Shown here: piece after piece, positions 35,098-42,242 of the stretch
Position numbering within the stretch: the stretch's first letter is position 1
Layout of the letters: each line of letters opens with the position of its first letter
Virus record (IMG/VR): IMGVR_UViG_3300044698_000097
Span: 1 to 42,242 of that record
Origin: a virus
Taxonomy: Duplodnaviria; Caudoviricetes
DNA: 42,242 nt
Direction: 5' to 3' (one strand)
Notes under the pieces: model-generated
Told to the model about the DNA's origin: nothing
What the model saw: only the letters and a program-made list of their open reading frames with translations
The model's database searches: none
Made by a program: the position numbers and the translations under genes

Positions 35098-35891
35098 CGC
35101 TCGTCCTCTGCGTAGAACTCGTACTTCGGCAGGTCCACCGTGGTGATGCCGGGCCACGGGGTGTCCCATGAGCCGGTCATGCTGGCCTGGCGGTAGGTGT
35201 GGATGCCGCGGGTGAATGCGCGGCGCCCCAGGTCGAGAGACGACGGCCCCAGCTTGACCACGGACGCGGTGTAGGGGTAGTCACGCTCGATGACGACGAA
35301 CAGCACGTCCCAGGGGTTGGTGCCTGCGTGGGCGCCCCACGCGTCGCCGTAGTTGGCTGCGGAGACGTGGTAGTTCATGCGGCCGGCGAGCTTCACGAAC
35401 TTCGCCGGGTCGGCGCTGTCGGTCGTCTTGAAGTCGATGACGCGGCAGGCGCCGACGTCGACCCAGTCGACGCGGCCACGGATGGGCTGCCCGGTGTCGG
35501 CGTGCTCGCTGAAGAACGACACCTCTGACTTGCCGGCGGCCAACAGGGGCTTGACGTCGCGGTTCTCGCGGACAGCCTTTGCCATGGCCTGCGCCTGGTC
35601 GTGCTGCTCGTTGGTCAGCGGGTACTTGCCGGCGTCGAGCGCTTCGTCACGGGCACGGCGTGCGTCGACGGTGCGGAAGTCGTTGACGTCGAGCGCGACC
35701 ACGTCTTCGTCGTCTCCGAGGATGAACGCGTGCACGGCGCTGCCCAGGATCATCGCGGGTGTGGGCTTGCGTTCCTTGCCGCGGTTGGTGTGCCAGCGGT
35801 GGGGGTTTTCGTTGATGGCCTTGACGTCGGATGCGGACAGCTCCGGCTGTTGCTGGTACTCGCGCATGGGCATGTCGTGTTCGATGCGCAC
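35094..35891 (-). CDS. RecE-like exonuclease VIII (PD-(D/E)XK)
   Basis: LSAS, GSAVH, EVSFF, RGRVD and IDFKTT. Confidence 0.9.
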   Translation of the reverse strand: MRIEHDMPMREYQQQPELSASDVKAINENPHRWHTNRGKERKPTPAMILGSAVHAFILGDDEDVVALDVNDFRTVDARRARDEALDAGKYPLTNEQHDQAQAMAKAVRENRDVKPLLAAGKSEVSFFSEHADTGQPIRGRVDWVDVGACRVIDFKTTDSADPAKFVKLAGRMNYHVSAANYGDAWGAHAGTNPWDVLFVVIERDYPYTASVVKLGPSSLDLGRRAFTRGIHTYRQASMTGSWDTPWPGITTVDLPKYEFYAEDER

Positions 35892-35932
35892 GGCGGCCCC
35901 TCTCTCGTGTGTGTGTGTGCTTACAGGTGTAA

Positions 35933-35961
35933 CACTATCAGGGGTGCGCGCCAGTGACCAG
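35933..35961 (-). promoter_or_regulatory. putative leftward promoter of the recombination operon
   Basis: TGGTCA-17-TAGTGT on the minus strand, with a TGn extension. Confidence 0.5.
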
Positions 35962-36049
35962 CACTGACACGCACCCCTGGGGGTTGAATTGCCGTCCTAC
36001 AGTTCCTGTTACGACCTAACCCGACGGTGCGTATCCGCCGTGAGGGTCG

Positions 36050-36232
36050 CTATGCCCAGCGCCGCAGCACGTGCACGACGACGACGAGCGCGAGCGATGG
36101 GCCGAAGCCCATCGGCGGTATGAACGGCACGTACCGGTGCAGCCACCACACCACGAGCGCCGTGGCGACGATCATGAACCAGTGCCCGAAGTAGGCCACC
36201 GCTCTCGATGTCAGGTACTCGTTCCCCGTCAT
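36050..36232 (-). CDS. small membrane protein
   Basis: ATGA overlap; two hydrophobic helices. Confidence 0.65.
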   Translation of the reverse strand: MTGNEYLTSRAVAYFGHWFMIVATALVVWWLHRYVPFIPPMGFGPSLALVVVVHVLRRWA

Positions 36233-36429
36233 GTCGTCACCAGCCGCGGCACGTCGACGGCGTCCGACCAGGCGAAACCCAACGTCGAATCCACGTGATA
36301 GCTGTCCGTGTCGTGGCCGGCTGGCTGGTCGCACACGTACGTGATGAACGAGCCACCCAGGATGCCGCCCACGTACGGGCCGGCGTACTTCGCGCGGCAC
36401 TCGTCGACGTCGGTACAGACGATGATCAT
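36229..36429 (-). CDS. hypothetical protein
   Basis: In operon; C...C..PAGH...H motif. Confidence 0.6.
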   Translation of the reverse strand: MIIVCTDVDECRAKYAGPYVGGILGGSFITYVCDQPAGHDTDSYHVDSTLGFAWSDAVDVPRLVTT

Positions 36430-36433
36430 GGGG

Positions 36434-36985
36434 TCACCGCAGCTTGAACATGGCGGCGTCGTGCACCAGGTCGTTCAGGGCCACCTGCGCCGTCAGGTCG
36501 TCGGGGTCGGTGACGCCGAACGCGACCACCCACGACCGGACCTCACCGGGCGGGATGCTGGTGGTGGGGGTGTTCGACAGACCGTTGCTGACGTCGTAGA
36601 CCATGGCGCCTTCGGTCTCCCCGGACGCGACGCTGATGGACGTCAGGACGGGGTCGAACCTCTGGTCGGTGTCGTTGGTGATGCTCACCGTGAACTTGAC
36701 GTAGTACGGGGTGCTGGCGTCGACGTAGGCCGTTGCGGGCGGGTCGAACTGTTCGGGCTTGGACAGCTTCACCGTCATGCCGTCGGGGTACTCCAGTGCC
36801 TTACCGAACGTGCCTTCGGGCTGGTCCGGCAGCGTCTCCGCGGCGTCGTCGACGACGGTGGCGGACGGCGCCGGCTCGTCGACGACGGGCGCCGGCGCCA
36901 TGGTGCAGCCGGCGATGGTCGCGGCGGTGAAGGCCGCGAGCGCCAGGCCCGGGATGGTGCGGTGGGTGTGGTAGTTGGTGCGCAT
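36434..36985 (-). CDS. lipoprotein, DUF4352-like Ig fold
   Basis: Lipobox IAGC; VKFTVSITN.T, IPPGE and VAF.V. Confidence 0.75.
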   Translation of the reverse strand: MRTNYHTHRTIPGLALAAFTAATIAGCTMAPAPVVDEPAPSATVVDDAAETLPDQPEGTFGKALEYPDGMTVKLSKPEQFDPPATAYVDASTPYYVKFTVSITNDTDQRFDPVLTSISVASGETEGAMVYDVSNGLSNTPTTSIPPGEVRSWVVAFGVTDPDDLTAQVALNDLVHDAAMFKLR

Positions 36986-37002
36986 GTGTGGGTTCTCTCT
37001 GG

Positions 37003-37272
37003 TCAGCGGTTACGTGGTGCCCGGTGGCGTGGCTCTGTTTCGAGCCGGAGCCGCCACAGGGCTTGGATGAGCAGCACTGGCCACAGGGGCGACCAGTGGA
37101 AGCGTCGACGCGCGGCCTGCATGCGTCGGAAGCTGTCGGCCCGGATGTCTTCCAGGTCGGCGGCGTGGGCGGCGTCGCGCTCGTGCAGCTCGTCGATGAG
37201 CGCGTCGCCGGCGGCGATGATGACGCCGGCGAAGTAGAGGCACCCGACCGTGATGATGATGACGGTGGTCAT
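37003..37272 (-). CDS. small membrane protein
   Basis: ATGA overlap; N-terminal TM helix. Confidence 0.6.
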   Translation of the reverse strand: MTTVIIITVGCLYFAGVIIAAGDALIDELHERDAAHAADLEDIRADSFRRMQAARRRFHWSPLWPVLLIQALWRLRLETEPRHRAPRNR

Positions 37273-37454
37273 ACTCGCTGATCTCCGTTCCGGATCATGG
37301 CGTCGATGGGGTCGGCGTAGTAGCGCCGGTGGCCGCCAGGGGTGCGGAAGAATCCCAGCTTTCCCTTGGCGGCCCATCGGGCAACAGAGCGGATGTGCAC
37401 GTTGAACAGCTCCGCTACCTCTTGGGGGGTGTAGGACCGGACGTCTTCGGGCAT
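37269..37454 (-). CDS. BldC-like / excisionase-type MerR HTH protein
   Basis: TPQEVAELFNV...VARWA..GKL...RTPGGHRRY. Confidence 0.85.
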   Translation of the reverse strand: MPEDVRSYTPQEVAELFNVHIRSVARWAAKGKLGFFRTPGGHRRYYADPIDAMIRNGDQRV

Positions 37455-37463
37455 AGGGTCCCT

Positions 37464-37631
37464 TCAGCTCTCGTTGTCGGCGCGGTGCTCGCGCGGCGGT
37501 TGGACCTTCACGCGTGCTTCGCTGGTGGTTCCGTCGTCTTCGTCGACGTCGGTGGGTGCGGGGTGGTGGCCGGCGGGTGGTCCTGGTTTGCAGGGCCATG
37601 CGTCGCAGTCGGCGCGGTTGTGGTGAGCCAT
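37464..37631 (-). CDS. hypothetical protein (55 aa; not in the ORF track)
   Basis: AAGGA RBS; MAHHNRADCDAWPC...; fills the operon gap. Confidence 0.5.
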   Translation of the reverse strand: MAHHNRADCDAWPCKPGPPAGHHPAPTDVDEDDGTTSEARVKVQPPREHRADNES

Positions 37632-37644
37632 GTGGGTTCGTTCC

Positions 37645-37737
37645 TTACCAGGTGCTTTGTTCGTTCATGCCGACCATGGCCAGGCAGACGATGCCGGCCA
37701 GGATCAGCGCGAGGACGAACCATGCGCGTCGTCTCAC
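37645..37737 (-). CDS. membrane micro-peptide (30 aa; not in the ORF track)
   Basis: GGAG RBS; MRRRAWFVLALILAGIVCLAMVGMNEQSTW. Confidence 0.5.
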   Translation of the reverse strand: MRRRAWFVLALILAGIVCLAMVGMNEQSTW

Positions 37738-37747
37738 GGGGGTTTCT

Positions 37748-37802
37748 CCGTTCTGTCGGTTCTGACGGTGCGAGCATGCACCGGGGTGACAACTTGTGTC
37801 AA
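37748..37802 (-). promoter_or_regulatory. leftward promoter with tandem G(T/A)CAGAAC repeats
   Basis: TTGACA-18-CATGCT followed by GTCAGAACC GACAGAACG. Confidence 0.55.
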
Positions 37803-37873
37803 TCAGGACACCCGTTCTGTGTCCATCACCCGAATGGGTAGTTCTGCCCTACCCGTTCGGGTGAGCCCTGGTG

Positions 37874-37943
37874 TTGCATCGGGGGACCTACCTGTGTACT
37901 GTTACGCATGTCAGAACGGAACGAACCACGGAGGACACCATGA
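37874..37943 (+). promoter_or_regulatory. SigA-type promoter with leaderless 11-aa uORF (copy 2)
   Basis: TTGCAT-17-TACTGT, then ATG at 37908 encoding MSERNEPRRTP, whose TGA overlaps the ATG at 37940. Confidence 0.75.
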
Positions 37944-38365
37944 ACACCTACACCGTCACCCTCACCGCAGCCCAGGGCGGCCGTAACCCCCACGCCTTCC
38001 GCGGCATCGAGGCCGACAGCGCAGCCGACGCCGTCGTGCTCGCCTACCGCGAGCGCCACCCGCACGCCACGGCCACCCGTCGCGATGTTCACGCTCGCGG
38101 CAACGACATCAGCGACACCCGGTTCTCGATCTTCGGCACCGCCGGCGCCGTCACGTTCGCTGACGTCGAGGTCGTCGAGCCGGCCGCGCCCGTCGAGGCC
38201 GCGCCCGTCGAGGACACCGTGTCGACGGACAAGGTGTGGCGTTGCGCCGGCCGCTCCGGCTCGATGCTCGCCAAGCGCGACGCGTTCGGGTTCGTCGAGG
38301 TGTTCCAGAGCGACGTGGACGCGGAACGCGCGGCCGGCACCCACCTGTTCAAGATCACTGCCTGA
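37940..38365 (+). CDS. hypothetical protein
   Basis: GGAGG RBS and ATG at 37940. Confidence 0.8.
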   Translation: MNTYTVTLTAAQGGRNPHAFRGIEADSAADAVVLAYRERHPHATATRRDVHARGNDISDTRFSIFGTAGAVTFADVEVVEPAAPVEAAPVEDTVSTDKVWRCAGRSGSMLAKRDAFGFVEVFQSDVDAERAAGTHLFKITA

Positions 38366-38369
38366 CGCC

Positions 38370-38651
38370 ATGAGCGTCGACCGGTACAGCGACCCGGACG
38401 TGCGCGCCCAGCTCGAAGCGCGCATGTTCCGGGTGAACGAGAGCCACGAAGCGGCCATCGCGCTCCGGAACGAGCTGGCGCGGCTCGTCTCCGGGCGCAT
38501 CATCACGAACCGGCACCCCGGGTCCGACCACTTCCACATCGAGCTGGACCAGGATGTTGCCGCCGCGCTGCTCGACCTGATCCGGCCGGCCTGGCGCGAG
38601 GAAGTCGACGCGGAGCCTGCGCCACTGTCCCCCAGCCGCCCGACGGCATGA
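38370..38651 (+). CDS. hypothetical protein
   Basis: ATG 4 nt after the upstream stop; GC3 bias. Confidence 0.65.
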   Translation: MSVDRYSDPDVRAQLEARMFRVNESHEAAIALRNELARLVSGRIITNRHPGSDHFHIELDQDVAAALLDLIRPAWREEVDAEPAPLSPSRPTA

Positions 38652-38663
38652 CCCACAGACCAG

Positions 38664-38700
38664 AATGGCCCGTCCTCGCTTCCCCGGGGACGGGCCGTTC
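38664..38700 (+). terminator. hairpin terminator
   Basis: GGCCCGTCC ... GGACGGGCC followed by gttct. Confidence 0.6.
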
Positions 38701-38754
38701 TACTGTCCGGACATAATCACCTTAAAACGACCGGTGATTTTATTACCGGACCGG

Positions 38755-39678
38755 TCAGAACGTGTCGGCGTTGAGCCGCTGCTGAAGCTCGCGGACGACG
38801 GCCGACGGGTTCCAGATCTCGCCGTCGATCACGGGCATCTTCAGGTACCGCTGAAGCGACCGGATGGTGTCCGGCCCCAAGATGCCGTCGCGCTCGCTCT
38901 TCGGCATGTGGATGTGGGCCTGCAAGGCGGCGATGACGCGGGAGCCGCGGGCCTCGCGCACCCACTCCCAGCCCGTGGTGAGCCCGGGGTTGTCGTCGCG
39001 GTACGCGAGGCGCTGCGAGGACACTTCGCCGTCCATCGTCGTGCCCAGCTCGTTCTGCAACGCCATGGTCGTCGCGCGTCCCCAGCGGCCGTCGGGCAGC
39101 AGGTGCGGGCGCCCGGGGGCGGCCTTCGGCGGCTGGGGGCCGGCGGGAGGCTTCGGGTTGCTCACGAGCATCGAGCCGTCGCGGACGTCGTCGAGGCGCA
39201 GCACGGCGTGCTTCCCGGGGCACGCAGTGGCCTTGACGGCGCGGTGCGGGTAGATCTCGGCGCCGGCGTCCCAGAGACTCCCCTTACCGCCGTGGAAGAT
39301 GCGGGTAACGGTCGCGATCTGTGCGTCTGTCGGGGCGTAGATGTCGTAGTTGCCGGCCAGGCAGATCGACCTGGATGTGCTGTTCCGTCCGCCGGTGTGG
39401 GTGCCGCGCCGGTTCCAGCTCACCCCGCGGTATGGCCGGCCGGACGGGAAGACGAGCACGTTGTAAGAGATCCCGGTGCCGAACCGGTTCTGCCCGATCT
39501 TCTCGATGGCGCGCATCTGCTCGCGTTCCATGGCCACGCTGGCGTTTGCGGCGAGCTGTCGGGTGACGGAGTGGTGGAAGAACACTTCGTCCGCGAGGCC
39601 GTGCAGCGTCTGGTCACCGTCGTCGTAGCGGGCGCCCCACGATGATCGTGTGGCGATGTCTGGGAGTTGGATGGTCAT
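38755..39678 (-). CDS. endolysin: N-acetylmuramoyl-L-alanine amidase (PGRP-like) with peptidoglycan-binding repeats
   Basis: RSSWGA, FFHHS, ISYN, GTHT, PHR...TACPG; DG.WG..T..ALQ repeats. Confidence 0.92.
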   Translation of the reverse strand: MTIQLPDIATRSSWGARYDDGDQTLHGLADEVFFHHSVTRQLAANASVAMEREQMRAIEKIGQNRFGTGISYNVLVFPSGRPYRGVSWNRRGTHTGGRNSTSRSICLAGNYDIYAPTDAQIATVTRIFHGGKGSLWDAGAEIYPHRAVKATACPGKHAVLRLDDVRDGSMLVSNPKPPAGPQPPKAAPGRPHLLPDGRWGRATTMALQNELGTTMDGEVSSQRLAYRDDNPGLTTGWEWVREARGSRVIAALQAHIHMPKSERDGILGPDTIRSLQRYLKMPVIDGEIWNPSAVVRELQQRLNADTF

Positions 39679-39718
39679 ATGCCCATACTGCCCGGTTCGC
39701 GGCGCGTAAGGTGCCGTC

Positions 39719-40024
39719 ATGACACCGGATGCCGACATGACATATGACGGACGGATCAGCGCAAGGGTGCGCGAGATCCGCCTACTTCGGGGCCTGTCAC
39801 AGGCCGATGTGGCACGCCAGATTGGCATAGGCCGTGACGTATTCACGCGGCACGAACTGAACCAGCGGGCGCGTGGGTGGCCCGTGTCGCTGCTCGCTGA
39901 CGTGGCTGACGTGCTGGAAGTGCCGCTGGCGGCGCTCGTGCCGGGTGAGCGCGTGGTGTGCGAGGGGTGCGGGGCGATCAAGGGAGCATTGGCCCATGCG
40001 AGCCTTCCAGCACCCGAACACTGA
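39719..40024 (+). CDS. XRE-family HTH regulator with a C-terminal CxxC
   Basis: RVREIRLLRGLSQADVARQIGI...HE; TAAGGT 6 nt before the ATG. Confidence 0.85.
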   Translation: MTPDADMTYDGRISARVREIRLLRGLSQADVARQIGIGRDVFTRHELNQRARGWPVSLLADVADVLEVPLAALVPGERVVCEGCGAIKGALAHASLPAPEH

Positions 40025-40697
40025 CAACTTCGGCGACACCCTCAGTCTGCCCATCCTGTCGCACTTCGTGGGGCGGCCGGTCGAGCTGGCAGACCGGTCG
40101 GAGCGTGGGAAGGTGCTGGCGGTCGGGTCGATCCTGAACGCCTTGCGGCCCGACGACGTCGTCTGGGGGGCCGGCGTGCAGGAAGATCGCCGCTACCAGC
40201 CCGTGGGGGCCACGTTCCTCGCGGTGCGTGGCCCGCTGACGCGGTCGGCAATCGACGGCGTCGACGTGCCGCGGGTGTACGGGGATCCGGGGCTGTTGCT
40301 TCCGTTGGTGTATGACCCGGTCGTCGAGCTGGTGCATGACGTCGGGGTGGTGCCGCACTTCGTCGACGCGGAGGAATCGCGCCGGCGTAACCCGGGCGCG
40401 CTGCACATCAGCACGCAACAGGATTGGCGCGCTGTGGTGCGGCAGATCAAGAGCTGCCGGCGCATCGTGTCGACGTCGCTGCACGGCATCGTCGCTGCGG
40501 AGGCGTACGGCATCCCGGTGATGTGGCACGGGTCCTATACGGGCAACATCCGCTCGACGAACCTGAAGTTTCAGGATTACTTCTTGGGCACGGGGCGTGT
40601 GCCGCAGCGGCCCGGGGTTGTCGATCCGCTGCCGCGTGACGTCTGGGAGATCACGTGCCGGCGCCTGGTCGAGCTGGTGCCGGAACTGCCCAGGTAG
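39996..40697 (+). CDS. polysaccharide pyruvyltransferase (ExoV-like)
   Basis: NFGD, VGSIL, VWGAG, AVRGPLT, GDPGLL, VVPH and STSLHGIVAAEAYGIP. Confidence 0.88.
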   Translation: MRAFQHPNTDNFGDTLSLPILSHFVGRPVELADRSERGKVLAVGSILNALRPDDVVWGAGVQEDRRYQPVGATFLAVRGPLTRSAIDGVDVPRVYGDPGLLLPLVYDPVVELVHDVGVVPHFVDAEESRRRNPGALHISTQQDWRAVVRQIKSCRRIVSTSLHGIVAAEAYGIPVMWHGSYTGNIRSTNLKFQDYFLGTGRVPQRPGVVDPLPRDVWEITCRRLVELVPELPR

Positions 40698-40702
40698 ACG
40701 AC

Positions 40703-40739
40703 GACGCCGCGCCCCCGTCGGTGGAAGGGGCGCGGCGTC
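40703..40739. terminator. hairpin between convergent genes
   Basis: GACGCCGCGCCCC ... GGGGCGCGGCGTC. Confidence 0.65.
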
Positions 40740-40765
40740 TGGCGTCGGCTCGACGTTGTGTGAGC

Positions 40766-41536
40766 CTACCGGGACTCTGCCGATTCGCGCGCGGCGTCCG
40801 GCTCGACCCACGCCTGCATGGGCCACTCGCCGTTGATGATGATGGGCGTGCCGTCCTCGTTCTTCGTTCCGATGCGGGCCAGGTAGTTCTGATAGCTCGC
40901 TGACTGGTCACGGCGCAGGCCGGCCTGCCAGCGGAACAGATCCTGCATCGTGCTGGGCATCTTGTGGTCGTGCTTCCGGCCCATGGCGCGGGCGAGCGCC
41001 TGCGCGGCGTAGGCGTCGGCCTCTGCGTTGTGCGCGTTGTCCAGCTCGACGCCGTAGCGCAGGCACGTAGGCGCGAGCTTGCGCTGTCCAACCCCCTTGA
41101 CGTACCGGTCGACGTGCCGGTCTATGACCATGGGGTCGATGATCGGGCCGGCGATGGTGAGCCCGTTGCCCAGGTGGCGCCGGCACTCGCGGTCGATCAG
41201 CGTGAGGTCGAAGGCGGCGTTGTAGACGACGACGGGGATGCCTTCCGCCCAGACGGACGCGAGGCCGCCACAGAGGCGCGAGAGAGCCGTCACGGGGGGC
41301 ATGCCTTCCTCGCGCGCCTGTTCCGTCGTGATGCCGTGGATGAGCGTGGCCGCTTCGGGGATCTCGATACCCGGGTCGAGCATCAGGGGCATCGAGGCGC
41401 TGCGGCCGGCGACGTCGTAGACGTCGAGCACCGCGGTGACGATGCGGTCGTTCTCGACGTCGGTGCCGGTGGTCTCCGTGTCGAGGGTGGCCAGCGGGCC
41501 ATCCCACCAGCGCAGGTCGGTCGTCGGCTCGCTCAT
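40766..41536 (-). CDS. DnaQ-like 3'-5' exonuclease (DEDDh)
   Basis: LDTETTG, IHGIT, YNAAFD and AHNAEADA. Confidence 0.92.
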   Translation of the reverse strand: MSEPTTDLRWWDGPLATLDTETTGTDVENDRIVTAVLDVYDVAGRSASMPLMLDPGIEIPEAATLIHGITTEQAREEGMPPVTALSRLCGGLASVWAEGIPVVVYNAAFDLTLIDRECRRHLGNGLTIAGPIIDPMVIDRHVDRYVKGVGQRKLAPTCLRYGVELDNAHNAEADAYAAQALARAMGRKHDHKMPSTMQDLFRWQAGLRRDQSASYQNYLARIGTKNEDGTPIIINGEWPMQAWVEPDAARESAESR

Positions 41537-41955
41537 GACCGGGCACCCATCGTCAGCGCGGTCAGGATCTCCTGTGCGGTGGGGTTGCCCATTGCGAGCA
41601 TCGCTGCGACCTGGTGCAGGGCAACCTGCGGGTCGACGACGATGGCCGGCCGGATGGCGGTGACGGCGTCGGAGCGGTGGCGCGCCTCGTCTTCGCCAAC
41701 CCATGGGTGGTTGGCCTTGATGCCATCGATGGGCTTGTAGAACGCAACGATCCGGCGGCCGTCGGCCGTGGTGACCTGGTACGTGTTGCCCTCGATCAGC
41801 GGGGCCGGCGGGATAGGTCGAGCGACCTGGTAGGGCGGCTCGCCGGCGGCGAACCGGGCCAGCTCGACGGCGAGCTGTTCGCGGTACGCCTCGTACTCCG
41901 GTGTCCCTTCCGGGTACTTCGGGCGGGTGATGTCGGTGACGTCGGGGATGTCCAT
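41533..41955 (-). CDS. hypothetical protein
   Basis: AGGA RBS; ATGA overlap with the exonuclease gene. Confidence 0.7.
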   Translation of the reverse strand: MDIPDVTDITRPKYPEGTPEYEAYREQLAVELARFAAGEPPYQVARPIPPAPLIEGNTYQVTTADGRRIVAFYKPIDGIKANHPWVGEDEARHRSDAVTAIRPAIVVDPQVALHQVAAMLAMGNPTAQEILTALTMGARS

Positions 41956-42020
41956 GGGGTTCCTGTCTCGTGTGGGGATGGGCGCGGCCCCCCACCGGAT
42001 GGTGGGGGGCCGTGGTCGGG

Positions 42021-42233
42021 TCAGGCCAGTTCGGCGGCCAGGGCCTCCGGGATGGCGGGCACCCAGAGCGTCAGAGCGGTGTCGGGCGCGACGTCCTCGC
42101 AGATGGTGGCCAGGGTGCCGTTCCAGGTCTGCCAGACGATGCGCGAGATCTCGCCGTCGTCGTCCATGTCGTAGCCGTTGACGGTGAGCACGCCGCGCCC
42201 GCCGTCCTCGCTCACCTCGTGAATGACGTCCAT
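42021..42233 (-). CDS. hypothetical acidic protein; the start may lie beyond the window
   Basis: GC3 bias; followed by hairpin GGCCCCCCACC-ggat-GGTGGGGGGCC at about 41985-42011. Confidence 0.6.
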   Translation of the reverse strand: MDVIHEVSEDGGRGVLTVNGYDMDDDGEISRIVWQTWNGTLATICEDVAPDTALTLWVPAIPEALAAELA

Positions 42234-42242
42234 GCGCCAGTC

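Noticed and set aside
1-42242. Very frequent GTCGAC and CGTCG words suggesting a repeat array
   Set aside because: Val-Asp and similar codon pairs in high-GC genes explain them; they have no regular spacing.
1-42242. CRISPR array, tRNA, integrase, reverse transcriptase or DGR
   Set aside because: I saw no regularly spaced repeats, cloverleaf, recombinase motifs or RT motifs by eye.

Overview
A high-GC tailed (siphovirus-type) actinobacteriophage genome segment, probably circularly permuted and incomplete: it starts inside a gene and ends in a leftward operon, and I see no integrase, DNA polymerase, primase or helicase. The minus strand carries the virion module: terminase small and large subunits, portal, maturation protease, two capsid proteins, tail tube, adaptor, chaperones, an 824-aa tape measure and minor tail proteins. 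The rest holds an amidase endolysin, RecE/ERF recombination genes, DnaQ-like and Rv2179c-like exonucleases, HIT, VRR-NUC, HNH and many small genes. Three things stand out. (1) Three glycan-building enzymes (a GT4 glycosyltransferase directly upstream of the capsid gene, a Stealth-family hexose-1-phosphotransferase heading the terminase operon, and a polysaccharide pyruvyltransferase) co-occur with a recurrent acidic (D/E)-S-P-(G) peptide in at least five virion proteins, which suggests a sequon-directed virion glycosylation system. (2) A TraB/FtsK-like translocase module with a 28-bp dif-like site sits between terminase and portal, which suggests a phage-plasmid or XerCD-dependent lifestyle. 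(3) A duplicated promoter cassette encodes a leaderless 11-aa uORF coupled to the next gene. All family assignments come from motif recognition by eye, not from database searches.
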